A stretch of 64,000 nucleotides of DNA from Anaeromyxobacteraceae bacterium (GTDB lineage: Bacteria; Myxococcota; Myxococcia; Myxococcales; Anaeromyxobacteraceae). The stretch is taken from assembly GCA_047602405.1 (NCBI GenBank), contig JASGHJ010000002.1:3264001-3328000 (forward strand), written 5' to 3'. Position numbers and translations under genes: made by a program. The notes beneath the pieces are model-generated. The model was not told where the DNA came from, did not search any database, and saw only the letters and a list, made by a program, of their open reading frames with translations. How positions within the stretch are numbered: the first letter of the stretch is position 1; every line of letters begins with the position of its first letter. Below are positions 54,295-64,000 of the stretch, in pieces.

Positions 54295-54978
54295 TCAGAA
54301 CGCCCCGCCCACGATCGCCACCGACGCCGAGCAGCCGAGCCGGCTCGCCCCGGCGGCGATCATCGCCCGCGCGTCCTGCGCCGTGCGGATGCCGCCAGAT
54401 GCCTTGACGCCGAGGCGCTCGCCGACGACCCGGCGCATGAGCGCCACGGCCTCGGCGGTCGCACCGCCCGGGCCGAAGCCGGTGGAGGTCTTCACGTAGG
54501 CCGCCCCCGCGGCGGCGGCGACCGCGGCCGCGGCGACCACCTGGTCCCGCGAGAGCCCGCCCGTCTCGAGGATCACCTTGAGCGGCAGGGGCGAGGCGGC
54601 CACGAGCGCACGCAGGTCCTCGAGCACGGCGTCCCACCGCCCGGCGTGCACGAGCGGCAGCGGCGCCACGGCGTCCACCTCCTGCGCGCCGGCGCGGGCG
54701 AGCGCCTCGACCTCGGCCACGCGCGCCGCGGTCGCGCCCTCGCCGCGCGGGAAGTCCACGACCGACGCCACGAGCACGAGCGAGCCCTCGAGCCGGCGGC
54801 GTGCCTCGGCGACGTGCGCGGGCAGCACGCAGACGGCGCCGAAGCCGTGCGCACGGGCCTCGTCGCACAGGCGCGCCAGCGCGGCGAGGTCGGCGGACGG
54901 CGCGAGCAGGGTGTGGTCGATGAACGGCGCGAGGTCGCGCGGCGTGCGGATCGAGGCGAGGTCGGGGGCGGAGGTCAT
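54295..54978 (-). CDS. deoC: Deoxyribose-phosphate aldolase
   Basis: IDHTLL, KVILET, VKTSTGF, KASGGIR, RLGCS. Confidence 0.95.
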   Translation of the reverse strand: MTSAPDLASIRTPRDLAPFIDHTLLAPSADLAALARLCDEARAHGFGAVCVLPAHVAEARRRLEGSLVLVASVVDFPRGEGATAARVAEVEALARAGAQEVDAVAPLPLVHAGRWDAVLEDLRALVAASPLPLKVILETGGLSRDQVVAAAAVAAAAGAAYVKTSTGFGPGGATAEAVALMRRVVGERLGVKASGGIRTAQDARAMIAAGASRLGCSASVAIVGGAF

Positions 54979-54995
54979 CGGAGGCGGTGCGGCGG

Positions 54996-56306
54996 TCAGC
55001 GGATGGCGCCCAGCACGAGCGGGGCGGAGACGTCGAGCGCGCTCCCCTGGAACGCGGGGAAGACGACGCGGCGGGCGGCGCTCGAGAGGCAGCGGCCGAG
55101 CGGCGTGCCCTCGAGGTCGGCCTCGCCCACCCAGGCGCGCTGGACGGTGCCGTTCGGCCGGACCGTCAGGAAGAGCGTCGCCTTGCGATCGTCGACCCGG
55201 AGCGAGGGGTCGGCCTTCAGCGCGCGGCTGACGCACGCGGCGAAGGCGGGCCGGTTCTCGCGCAGGGCGCGCTCGACCGCCGGCTGGTCGAGCTCGGCGA
55301 GGCCGGTGTCGAGCGTGGAGCGCTCCACGGGCGCCGCGGGCGCCGCGTCGCCCTTCTTCTCGAGGAGGTCGAGGAGCCGCCAATCGTTCCGGGCGATGCG
55401 GAGGTTGCGCTGGGCGCGGTCGTCGGCCGGGGCCGCGGTGCGCTTCGGCTTCGCGGGGGCCGTGCCCGGGGCAGGGACCGGCGCGGGCGACGGGTCGGCG
55501 ACGGGGGACGCGGGCGGAGCGGACGGTGCGGCCGCCGCCCCCTCGGGCGCGGGGGCGGCACCGGCCGGCCCGGCGACGGGGGCCGGCCCGGGCGCGGGGG
55601 CAGGCTGCGCGGGCGAGGGCGAGGCGGGAGGTGTGGCCGTGACCGGCGCGGGCGCGGCGGCAGCCGGGACCGGCGGCGGCGCGGCTCGAGGGGCGGGCCG
55701 GGCGGCGGGTCGCGGGAAGAGCCAGCCGAGCTGCCAGGCCGCCACCGCCGCGGCGGCGAGCACGAGCAGCGCCGCGACCGCGATGCGGGCCGCACCGGGC
55801 CCTCGCGGCTCCGCCGCCGGAGGCGGCGCCATGGGCGACCCCGGGGAGCCAGACCCCGGGTCCTCGCGGGGCTCGACCGGGCCGGTGAGCGCCTCGACCG
55901 CGCGCGCCCCGGCCTCGGCGTCGGTGGTCGAGCCGAACACGCCCGCGCCCGGCGCGGTGGCCTCCGGCGCGGGGCGCGACCTCGGCACCTCACCGCCGCC
56001 GAGCCAGGCCATCTCCTCGTCGGTCATGCCCGGCACGTTCGCCCGCGGCACCGGGCCCGCACCGACCGCGTGGGTGGTGGGCGGCGTGACGTGCGGGACG
56101 GGGCGCGGCGGCAGGGGCGGCGGCGGACGCGGGACGGGGCGGCCCGCCGGCTGGCCCGGGCGGGCTGCAGCCGGGGCGGACGGCTGGCTGGCCGGCACGC
56201 GGATCATCGCGCCGCACTGGCGGCACGTGACGCGGAAGGCGCGGCCCTGGACCTTCTCGTCGGGGACCGAGTAGGCCCGCCCGCAGGCGTCGCACGAGAA
56301 GTTCAC
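54996..56306 (-). CDS. Zinc-ribbon protein with TM helix and AgmX/PglI-like C-terminal domain
   Basis: CDAC...CRQC N-terminus; Pro/Ala linker; C-terminal ACV...GRCL...FPAFQG. Confidence 0.75.
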   Translation of the reverse strand: MNFSCDACGRAYSVPDEKVQGRAFRVTCRQCGAMIRVPASQPSAPAAARPGQPAGRPVPRPPPPLPPRPVPHVTPPTTHAVGAGPVPRANVPGMTDEEMAWLGGGEVPRSRPAPEATAPGAGVFGSTTDAEAGARAVEALTGPVEPREDPGSGSPGSPMAPPPAAEPRGPGAARIAVAALLVLAAAAVAAWQLGWLFPRPAARPAPRAAPPPVPAAAAPAPVTATPPASPSPAQPAPAPGPAPVAGPAGAAPAPEGAAAAPSAPPASPVADPSPAPVPAPGTAPAKPKRTAAPADDRAQRNLRIARNDWRLLDLLEKKGDAAPAAPVERSTLDTGLAELDQPAVERALRENRPAFAACVSRALKADPSLRVDDRKATLFLTVRPNGTVQRAWVGEADLEGTPLGRCLSSAARRVVFPAFQGSALDVSAPLVLGAIR

Positions 56307-56354
56307 GTTGGGCTCGATCCTACAGCACGCCGCGCGGCCGCTGGCAAGCCGCCG

Positions 56355-57245
56355 TCACTCCGCCTCCGGCGCGGGCACGGCGCGCGCCGGGGCGAGCCCC
56401 ACCAGCCGCTCGCCCGGCTCACCACACGCCTCGTCCTCGTCGGCCGCGTCAATCCAGGGGTCGCTCCCCTGCCCCTCCGAGGAGGCGACCCTTCGCATGA
56501 GCTCCCGGTCGAGCAGGTGCGACGGGACGACGTGCCCGAGGGCGTGGAGGAGGTTGCTCTTCACGGAGGGGTGCTCGCGCGACAGCTCCGCGAGGAGCGC
56601 CTTCACGCGCTTGCGGCGCAGGTTGGGCTGCGAGCCGCAGAGGTCGCAGGGCACGATCGGGAAGCGCATCGCCTCCGAGAACGCGGCGATGTCCTCCTCC
56701 GCGGCGTAGCACAGCGGCCGGATGACGACGTTCCGCCCGTCGTTCGAGCGGAGCTTCGGCGGCATGGTCTTGAGCGCGCCCGAGTAGAGCGCCGAGAGGA
56801 GCAGCGTCTCGACGAGGTCGTCCCGGTGGTGGCCGAGCGCGATCTTGTTGCAGCCGAGCTCGACCGCCGTGTTGTAGAGGATCCCGCGCCTGAGGCGCGA
56901 GCAGACCGGGCAGGTGGTCTTCCCCTCGGGCACGAGCCGCCGGACGATGGAGAGGGTGTCCTCCTTGAGCATCCGGTAAGGGACCCCGGTGGAGGCGAGG
57001 TGGGCCTCGACCACGTGGGCCGGGTAGCCCGGGTGACCCTGGTCGAGGTTCACCGCGACGAGGTCGAACGCCACGGGGGCGCGCTCCCGCAGCCGCTGGA
57101 GCACGTGCAGGAGGGTGTAGGAGTCCTTGCCCCCGGACACGCCGACCAGGATGCGATCGCCGGCCTCGACGAGGTCGAAGTCGTGGATCGCCTCGGAGGT
57201 GGCGCGCAGGAGGCGGCGGAGGAGCTTCTGGGCGTCGGCGGGCAT
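56355..57245 (-). CDS. ttcA: tRNA 2-thiocytidine(32) synthetase
   Basis: SGGKDS, CPVCSRLRRG, GHHRDD, PCDLCGSQ. Confidence 0.95.
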   Translation of the reverse strand: MPADAQKLLRRLLRATSEAIHDFDLVEAGDRILVGVSGGKDSYTLLHVLQRLRERAPVAFDLVAVNLDQGHPGYPAHVVEAHLASTGVPYRMLKEDTLSIVRRLVPEGKTTCPVCSRLRRGILYNTAVELGCNKIALGHHRDDLVETLLLSALYSGALKTMPPKLRSNDGRNVVIRPLCYAAEEDIAAFSEAMRFPIVPCDLCGSQPNLRRKRVKALLAELSREHPSVKSNLLHALGHVVPSHLLDRELMRRVASSEGQGSDPWIDAADEDEACGEPGERLVGLAPARAVPAPEAE

Positions 57246-57335
57246 CGACCGTCCTTCTACCATTTTCGTTTGACGGCCTCGGCGCCCCTGCGATAAAGCC
57301 GCCCCCTCTAGCGGAACCACCTGCGGGGGCGTTCG

Positions 57336-57605
57336 ATGCCGGCCAAGGATCTGGGCACCAAGCACACCTGCTACAAGTGCGGGACGAAGTTCTACGACCT
57401 CCGCAAGCCGGAGCCGCTGTGCCCGAAGTGCGGCGCCGACCAGCGGCAGAGCCCGGCCCTGCGGCCCGCGGAGCGTCGCAAGCCGGCGCCCAAGCCCGCG
57501 CCCGTCCCCGTCGAGGCGCCCGAGGTGGACGCCGAGCTCGACGACGACGCCCCGCTCGACGACGAAGAAGACGACGCGGGCGCCGACGACGACGACGAGG
57601 GGTAG
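57336..57605 (+). CDS. FYDLN-acid domain protein (TIGR02300-like)
   Basis: [17 protein letters not shown]...CPKCG and acidic tail. Confidence 0.9.
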   Translation: MPAKDLGTKHTCYKCGTKFYDLRKPEPLCPKCGADQRQSPALRPAERRKPAPKPAPVPVEAPEVDAELDDDAPLDDEEDDAGADDDDEG

Positions 57606-57701
57606 CCCTCACCCCCTCCGCGGCGTGGGGTCGCACGAGGCCCTGACGCGGGAGGCCGTTGTCCGTTGATCCGGGCGGCACGCCCGGATAAACGCTTGCT
57701 C

Positions 57702-58604
57702 GTGACCGAAGCCGCCCCCGCCTCCACCGTCCAGGCCCGGCCCCAGAGCTCCCCGCTCCAGGTCGCGCGCGACCTCCTCGCGCTCGCGAAGCCGCGGCTC
57801 TCCGGCCTCGTGATGATCACGAGCGCGGGGGGCCTCGCCCTCGCGCCGGGGAAGATCTCGACCGCGCGCGCGCTCGTGACCATCCTCGGCACCGCCGCCG
57901 TGGTCGGCGCCGCGAACGCGCTCAACTGCTTCATCGAGCGGGACATCGACGCCCGCATGCGCCGCACCCGCGACCGCCCGCTGCCCGCGGGCCGGGTGGA
58001 CCCCTTCACCGCGCTCGCGCTCGGGCTCATGGTGCCGGCCTTCGCGCTCCCGGTGCTCGCGTTCTCGGCGAACGCGCTCACCGCGTTCCTCGCGTTCTTC
58101 GCCCTCGTCCTCTACGTCGCCGTCTACACGCCCATGAAGCAGCGCTCGACCGCCGCGCTCCTCGTCGGCGCGGTCCCGGGCGCCATCCCGCCGCTCCTCG
58201 GCTGGACGGCGGTCACCGGCGCGATGGACCCGGGCGGCCTCGCGCTCTTCGCGCTCCTCTTCGCGTGGCAGGTGCCGCACTTCCTCGCGGTCTCGCTCTA
58301 CCTGCGCGAGGACTACGCCCGCGGCGGCCTCCGCGTCTTCTCCATCGTGCACGGCGAGCGGATGACCCGCATCGCCATCGCCGCCTCCGCGCTCGTGCTC
58401 GTGCCCATCTCGCTCGGGCCGGTCGCGCTCGGCTTCGCGGGCGGCGCCTACGCGGCCGTCGCGGTCGTCGCCGGCACGGCGCTCGTGGGCCTCGCGGTGG
58501 CGGGCCTCGGCAAGGAGGGCGGCCGCTGGGCACGCACCTTCTTCTTCGGCACGCTCATCCACCTCACCGTGCTGTTCGCGGTCCTCGTCTTCACGCGCCC
58601 GTGA
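57702..58604 (+). CDS. cyoE: Protoheme IX farnesyltransferase (heme o synthase)
   Basis: LAKPRL, ERDIDARMRRTRDRPLP, YTPMK, WQVPHF. Confidence 0.93.
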   Translation: MTEAAPASTVQARPQSSPLQVARDLLALAKPRLSGLVMITSAGGLALAPGKISTARALVTILGTAAVVGAANALNCFIERDIDARMRRTRDRPLPAGRVDPFTALALGLMVPAFALPVLAFSANALTAFLAFFALVLYVAVYTPMKQRSTAALLVGAVPGAIPPLLGWTAVTGAMDPGGLALFALLFAWQVPHFLAVSLYLREDYARGGLRVFSIVHGERMTRIAIAASALVLVPISLGPVALGFAGGAYAAVAVVAGTALVGLAVAGLGKEGGRWARTFFFGTLIHLTVLFAVLVFTRP

Positions 58605-59041
58605 CCGCCCTCGGCGAGACCCTCCCCTCCGTCAACGCGGCCCTCAACCTCGCCGCGTTCGTGCTCCTCGTCCTCGCCTGGCGGGCCATCCGGGCAGGCG
58701 ACCGCGCGCGGCACCGCGCGCTCGTGCTCTCCGCGCTCGGGTGCTCGGCGCTCTTCCTCGTCGGCTACCTGACCCGCGTCGCGCTCACCGGCACGCACCG
58801 GTTCCCGGTCGAGGGGGGCCTGAAGACCCTCTACCTCGCGATCCTCGCGAGCCACACGGTGCTCGCCGTCGTGTGCCTGCCCCTCGTGCTCCGCGCGCTC
58901 TTCCTCGGCTGGCACGAGCGCTTCGCCGAGCACCGCCGCATCGCCCGCTGGACCGCGCCGATCTGGGCGTATGTGTCCGTGACCGGCGTCGCGGTGTACG
59001 TGCTGCTGTACCGGGTCGCACCGGCGGTCGCGGGGCAGTAG
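58601..59041 (+). CDS. DUF420 family membrane protein
   Basis: LPSVNAALN, ILASHTVLA, HRRIAR..PIWAYVSVTGV. Confidence 0.9.
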   Translation: MTALGETLPSVNAALNLAAFVLLVLAWRAIRAGDRARHRALVLSALGCSALFLVGYLTRVALTGTHRFPVEGGLKTLYLAILASHTVLAVVCLPLVLRALFLGWHERFAEHRRIARWTAPIWAYVSVTGVAVYVLLYRVAPAVAGQ

Positions 59042-59060
59042 TACCTCCCCGCCCCTCCTG

Positions 59061-59727
59061 GTGACGTTGCCGCGGGCCGCCTCGCGGGGTCTCTCCGTCC
59101 TCGGGCGCCAAGGCAACGTCCCGCCGCGGAGGGGATCCTGGAGACGGTACGGAGCTGGTGGAGACCCGCGGCGCGTCCACGCGTGCCAGCCGAGTGAGAC
59201 GTCGCGATCGGCGTGAAGTGCCCGGCTCGGCTGTCACGCTCCGCGCAGATCGCGGCTCCGATCTTGGGCGGGCCAGCCGGGCGCCCTGCGGGGCGGAGAG
59301 ACCCCGCGAGGCGGCTCGAGGAGTGGCAGACGTGGCGAGCACGGTGATGCTCGCGCCTTGAGTCCTGCGCGGATGGCATCATCCGGAGCGCACCACAGCG
59401 GTGCAGGCTCACCTCCGCGACCCCGCTGGTCGTCCGCGGACGCGGGCGTCTCCATCTCTGCACCGACCCGCGGCCGGATCGCGGGGGCCCTCCGCCCGGA
59501 GGGCCCTCGGCTGGCCCGCCCAACGACGGAGCCGCGATCTGCGCGGAGCGTGACAGGCGAAACGACGTGCCCTCACCTCCACGCCGACGCCCCGCTCGCC
59601 TGGCACGCGTGGACGCGCCGCGGGTCTCCACTCGCGGAGACGACTCCAGCTTCCCTGACGCGGCGGGCCTTTGCCCTAGGGCCCGAGGACGGAGGGCCCC
59701 CGCGAGGCGGCCCCACGGCACCATCAC
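59061..59727. repeat. Inverted pair of ~255-nt structured elements
   Basis: 59061-59320 matches the reverse complement of 59465-59727; identical cores GTGGAGACCCGCGGCGCGTCCACGCGTGCCAG and CTGTCACGCTCCGCGCAGATCGCGGCTCCG. Confidence 0.9.
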
Positions 59728-59750
59728 GGCCACCGAGCGCGCGGACCCCA

Positions 59751-59791
59751 CAAAAACAAACCGCCGGGACGCCCCATGCGTCCCGGCGGTT
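59751..59791 (-). terminator. Intrinsic terminator of the small minus-strand gene
   Basis: 14-bp stem AACCGCCGGGACGC/GCGTCCCGGCGGTT followed by a T-rich tract on the minus strand. Confidence 0.8.
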
Positions 59792-59842
59792 GCCACGTCC
59801 GGCCCCTGGATTCCGGGCGAGGCGAACTCGTCGAAGCTCCGG

Positions 59843-59980
59843 CTAGTGCAGGCGGCTCACGTGCGAGACGGCGAGGGTCACGAGGCCGACGAGCCAGGCC
59901 AGCGCCATCAGCCCGCGCGCGGGCAGCACGTCGACCAGCACCAGCATCCCGTCCCCGACCTTCGAACCCTGCTTCGCCAT
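59843..59980 (-). CDS. 45-aa small membrane protein
   Basis: GGAGG RBS; MAKQGSKVGDGMLVLVDVLPARGLMALAWLVGLVTLAVSHVSRLH; own promoter and terminator. Confidence 0.7.
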   Translation of the reverse strand: MAKQGSKVGDGMLVLVDVLPARGLMALAWLVGLVTLAVSHVSRLH

Positions 59981-60013
59981 GACCGCGTGACCTCCGTGCT
60001 TCGTGATGGTCGG

Positions 60014-60177
60014 AGTATGCCCGGGCTCGCGTCGACTCTCCGTGACGACCCTCACACACAGTCGGAATCCGTTGGGCTCCCTCCCCCGTGGTGTGGGAGT
60101 GACCGCGCGCACAGCTGCGGTGCGCCGGCGTGACGCCGCTCACGCGAAACGGTGCCGTCCCTGTGACGCGGCTCACG
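60014..60177. promoter_or_regulatory. Four CRP-family-like boxes plus a minus-strand -10 element
   Basis: GTGA-N6-TCAC at 60041, 60129 and 60162, near-match at 60098; CATACT at 60019-60014. Confidence 0.65.
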
Positions 60178-60197
60178 CGGCGCGGTACCATCCGGGC

Positions 60198-60881
60198 ATG
60201 CGCTCCGGAAAGGCCGCTTCGGCGCTCCTCCTCACCGGCCTCGCGGCCTGCGGGGGCGGTGTCGCCCGCGTCGAGCTCGACCCCCCGTCGCTCCGCCTCG
60301 GCGTGCGCGGGCAGGTCGCGAAGGTCCACGCCTCGCCCCGCGACAAGAACGGCAAGTCGCTGCCCGCCTCCATCTGCGCGTGGCGCTCGTCCGACGAGAA
60401 GGTCGCGACGGTGCGCGGGGCGAACGACGCGGAGATCACGGCGGCCGGACCGGGGGAGGCCACCGTCACCTGCGCGATCGGCGACGCGAAGGGCGAGGTG
60501 ACGGTGCTCGTGCGGGTGGTGTCGAAGGTGACGGCGAGCCCGGCGCGGGTGGAGCTGCAGGTGCTCGACGAGCCGAAGGCGTTCCCGGTCGTGGTGGAGG
60601 CGTTCGACGACGCCGGGGCGCGGGTGGTCGGCCGGCACGCCACCTCGCACTGCGCGAGCGAGGACGTGTGCCGCGGCGACAGCGTGCCCCAGCTCTGGCC
60701 GGTGGGCGCGGGCGACACGACCGCGTTCATCCAGGTCGAGGGCGCCCGCTCCGAGCCGATCGCGGTGCACGTCGTGGACGCGCGCTCCGCCGCGGCGAAG
60801 CCGAAGCGCGTGACCGGCAACCCGATGGAGGCTTACGAGAAGGAGTACCAGCGCCGCCTGAAGGAGCAGCAGAAGCGCTGA
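60198..60881 (+). CDS. Ig-like (Big_2) domain lipoprotein
   Basis: LAAC lipobox; WRSSDEKVATV...GPGEATVT. Confidence 0.82.
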   Translation: MRSGKAASALLLTGLAACGGGVARVELDPPSLRLGVRGQVAKVHASPRDKNGKSLPASICAWRSSDEKVATVRGANDAEITAAGPGEATVTCAIGDAKGEVTVLVRVVSKVTASPARVELQVLDEPKAFPVVVEAFDDAGARVVGRHATSHCASEDVCRGDSVPQLWPVGAGDTTAFIQVEGARSEPIAVHVVDARSAAAKPKRVTGNPMEAYEKEYQRRLKEQQKR

Positions 60882-60898
60882 AGGACGCGGGGCCGCGT

Positions 60899-63131
60899 CT
60901 ACTTCGCCGCGAGCAGCCGCCCGGCCTCCTCGGCGTGGGCGGCCTTCCCGCAGAGCTTCACGTAGGCCTCGAGGCGCTGCTTCGCGACGTCGGAGAGCTT
61001 CTTCGCGTCGTACTCGAGCTTGCCGGCGCCCCACAGGGCCTCGCAGCTCGCCGGGTCCTTGCCGAGCGCCTTCTCGTAGAGGTCCGAGAGCACGTTCGGC
61101 TTCGCGCCGCGGGCCCGCTCGGCCTCGGCCATCTCGACGTACGCGGCGGCCGCGCCGCCGGTGCCGCCCTGGCCGTACTCGTCGATGGCCGCGGTGAGCT
61201 CCACGAGCGCGCCGGGCACGTTGTTCCGCGCCCGGTACAGGCGCGCGAGCGCCACCCGGGCGTCGGGGAACTTGCCGCCGAGCTGGATGGCCTTCTGGTA
61301 CTGGCCCTGCGCGAGGTCGGCGTCGCCGGCGGCGCGGTAGGCCTCGCCCATGAGCAGCGCGAGGCGGGGGTTCTCGCCGATCTGCCCCTGGGCGCGCTTC
61401 ACGCTCTCGAGCGCGAGCTTCGGCCCGCCCTCGAGCGCGAGCTGCGCGCCCACGAGGTCGGCGACGAGCCCGACGCGCTTCGGCTCCATCGACATCGCCC
61501 GCTTGAACGCCTCGGCGGCGCCCTTCGGGTCGCCCTCGCGCAGCTTGCGGATGCCCACGAGCCGCGGGAGCTCGGCGTTGGTCGGGTCGAGCTTCGCGGC
61601 CTCCGCCTCCGCCGCGGCCGCCTCGGCCGCCTTGCCCTGCGCGGCGAGCACGCCGGCCTTGAGCGCGTGGGCGAGGGCGAGCTCGGGCTTCGAGGCCCTG
61701 AGCGCCGGCGAGAGCACGGCCTCGGCGGCCCTGGAGGCCTCGTCGAGCTGGCCCCGGCCGAGGAGCACGAGCCCCTTCCCGAGGATCGCGCCCGCGTGCT
61801 CCTTCTCGATGCGCAGCGTGTAGTCGTAGAACGCGCTCGCCTGGAGCTCGTAGCCCTCGCCGCGGCGCCGGAACTGCTCGGCGAGCAGGAACGAGAGCCG
61901 GGCGTCGCCGGGTGCGGCCTTCTGGGCCTGGGTGAGCTCGTCGCGCGCGGCGTCGAGGTCGCCGCCGCGGAGCTGGACCGCGCCGAGCGTGCCCTGCAGG
62001 AGCGGGCTCGAGGCGCCGCCCTCCATCACCGACTTCACCGTCTCCTGCGCCCTCGCGGAATCGCCGCCGGCCGCGAGGAGGTAGGCCTCCGCCGCGATGA
62101 GGTGGGAGTGCCGCTGCTTCGCCCTGGCGGCCGCCTCGACCTGCTCCTTCGCGGGCTTCGCGGCGTCGGCCTCGCCGTGCTCGAGCGCGCGGAGCGCGTC
62201 GGCGTAGGCGAGGAAGGCGCGGCCGGCGACCGAGTCGCCGTCCTTCTCGAGGATCTCGGCCGCCTTCCGGGCGGCCTCGTCGTAGGCGGAGGCCGTGTCC
62301 TTCTCGAGGAGCGGGGCGATCTCCTTGATGAGCCGGTCGATGGCCTCGAAGCGCTCCTTGCGCGCCTTCGACCAGAAGAACCAGCCGCCGAGGGCGACCA
62401 TGAGCACCACCGCGAGCGCGGCGGTGGTCGCGAACGTGCCGCGCCGGTTGCGGGGCTTCTTGACCCCGGCGACGATCGTGAACTCCTTCGTCTTGTACTG
62501 CTCGGCGAGGGCGTCGGCGATCGCGACGTTGCGTGCGCGGGAGGTCGGGGGCGGCGTGGGCGCCGGGGTCTCGGCGCCGGTGGCGGTCGCGCCGGCGTGG
62601 GCGGCGGGCGGCGCGGCGGCGGGGATCCGGGGGCCCGAGGCGCGGGGCTGCACGGTCGGCGGGCCGGAGACCGGGGTGCGGCTGGGCGCCGGCGGCGGCG
62701 GCGGGGCCGCCGAGACGCCGAACTGCTCGAGCGCGGCGCGGGTCTCCGGGTCGTCCGGGGAGACCTCGTGGGCCTTGCGCAGCGCGGCCTCGCCGGCGGT
62801 CTTCTCGCCGAGCCTGAGGTGCATGACGCCGGCGAGCCGGAGCGCGGCGGCGAAGGTCGGCCAGGTCGTCAGGACGGCCTGGATCTTCCTCGAGGCCGCG
62901 GCGGTCCTTCCCCTGGTCCGCGTAGACGCGCGCGAGGAGCACGCGCGCGGACGGGTCGTCCGGGTGCGCCTTCACGCCCTTCTTGCAGACGACCATCGCC
63001 TCCATGAAGCGCCCGGACGCGAGGTACGCCTCGGTGAGGGGGCGGTACGCGTCGGACGCCGGATCCGAGGCGAACGCGTGCTCGAGGGCGGAGAGCTCGG
63101 CGGGGCTCGGGGCTTTGGCGGGAGGGGGCAT
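60899..63131 (-). CDS. TPR protein with central TM helix; +1 frameshift near 62886
   Basis: N-terminal LEHAFASDP...FMEAMVVCKKG joins ORF 60899-62824 if one A in GAGGAAGATC is removed (LEEIQAVL). Confidence 0.82.
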
Positions 63132-63216
63132 GTGGGCGCAGGTCCGCGCCTTTTCCATGAATCGCGCGGGGTCGAATCGGTCTAACAAGCGGCCGAACGT
63201 GAGTCAAACACGCCGC

Positions 63217-63246
63217 TTGACACTGGGGTGCCCTAGCCGATAAGCA
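63217..63246 (+). promoter_or_regulatory. Probable sigma70 promoter of tRNA-Ala
   Basis: Perfect TTGACA at 63217; weak -10 (GATAAGC region) about 17-18 nt later. Confidence 0.5.
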
Positions 63247-63279
63247 AGGCGTCCCTTCGAGACCGGAAGGGAACGTTGT

Positions 63280-63355
63280 GGGGGTGTAGCTCAGCTGGGA
63301 GAGCGCTAGAATCGCACTCTAGAGGTCATCGGTTCGATCCCGTTCACCTCCACCA
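63280..63355 (+). tRNA. tRNA-Ala(CGC)
   Basis: 76-nt cloverleaf; acceptor GGGGGTG/CACCTCC with G3:U70, A73, encoded CCA; anticodon arm CTAGA-ATCGCAC-TCTAG; TTCGATC T-loop. Confidence 0.95.
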
Positions 63356-63360
63356 CATCA

Positions 63361-63397
63361 GACGGGCCCGGCGGAAACGCCGGGCCCGTCGCCTTTT
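63361..63397. terminator. Intrinsic terminator after the tRNA
   Basis: GACGGGCCCGGCG-gaaa-CGCCGGGCCCGTC then gccTTTT. Confidence 0.8.
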
Positions 63398-63408
63398 CCG
63401 GTTCTGCT

Positions 63409-64000
63409 TCAGGTTGCGCGCCCGGGTCCCGCCTCCGGGCGTACCGGACCGGACGCCTCGCCCTCGAGCACGACGGTCCGCGTCGGGAACGCGAACGCCG
63501 ACCCCGACCGCTCCACGATCTCCATGAACCGGAGCAGGAGCTCCTGCCGGATGCCGGTGAACTCTCCCCAGTCGGTCGTCCCGAACCAGGCGACGACCTC
63601 CACGTTGAGGGCCGAGTCGCCGAGCGCGGTGAACCGGACCGAGATCCCGTCCGGCCAGATCTTCGGGTGGCTCCTGAGCGCGTGCTCCACCTCGGCGAGG
63701 ATGCGCCGCAGCTGCTCCGAGCGCGTCGAGTAGACGAGCGCCAGGTTGACGAGCAGCCGGATCCGGTCGCGGGCGGCGAACGTCTCGGCCTTCTGGTCGG
63801 CGAGCTTGCCGTTCGGGAGGGTGACGAGCGTGCGGTCGAGCGTCCGGATGCGCGTCGAGCGCAGCCCGATGCTCTCCACCGTGCCCTGCACGTCGTCGAC
63901 CTTCACGAAGTCCCCGATCCGGAACGGCTGGTCGATGCCGATGGCCACCGATCCGATCAGGTGCTCGACCGTCTTCTGCGCGGCGAGCGCGAGCGCGATG
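63409..64000 (-). CDS. MscS mechanosensitive channel, 3' part
   Basis: DQPFRIGD, IGLRSTRIRT, LPNG, FAFPTRT; continues beyond the window. Confidence 0.92.
   Translation of the reverse strand, partial: IALALAAQKTVEHLIGSVAIGIDQPFRIGDFVKVDDVQGTVESIGLRSTRIRTLDRTLVTLPNGKLADQKAETFAARDRIRLLVNLALVYSTRSEQLRRILAEVEHALRSHPKIWPDGISVRFTALGDSALNVEVVAWFGTTDWGEFTGIRQELLLRFMEIVERSGSAFAFPTRTVVLEGEASGPVRPEAGPGRAT

Noticed and set aside
57666..57700. FNR box or sigma54 promoter before cyoE
   Set aside because: TTGAT has no ATCAA at N4 spacing and the GGCAC to TTGC spacing is wrong; only a 9-bp hairpin ATCCGGGCG/CGCCCGGAT is supported
63280..63408. Genomic island integrated at tRNA-Ala
   Set aside because: The tRNA is followed directly by its terminator and mscS; no integrase or duplicated 3' end is seen in the window

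Overview
Very GC-rich bacterial chromosome segment. Gene content (AgmX-like and MJ0042 zinc-ribbon proteins, TPR proteins, paired Get3-like ATPases, FYDLN protein) points to Myxococcota, probably Anaeromyxobacteraceae; this is inference. It holds about 55 mostly housekeeping genes: kup, MATE-archease-rtcB, a chemoreceptor, ltaE, two cytochrome bd operons, metY, deoB, deoC, ttcA, cyoE, a sigma54 two-component pair, one intact IS4 with a 10-bp target duplication, and tRNA-Ala(CGC). The most notable unexplained signals are: (1) two intergenic regions (29.0-29.9 kb and 59.06-59.73 kb), each an inverted pair of ~250-nt self-folding elements with compensatory base changes and REP-like GTGG ends; (2) a PhaR / orphan ParA / phasin-like / Get3-like-pair cluster that may position storage granules; (3) eight +1 frameshifts, all at or next to GATC or GAGCTC, probably methylation-linked long-read errors; (4) a 45-aa gene with a class II CRP-type promoter; (5) a sigma54 promoter on cydAB next to a Cys-rich PAS kinase; (6) many apparently leaderless genes. 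No CRISPR array was found. All calls are by eye; no database searches were run.
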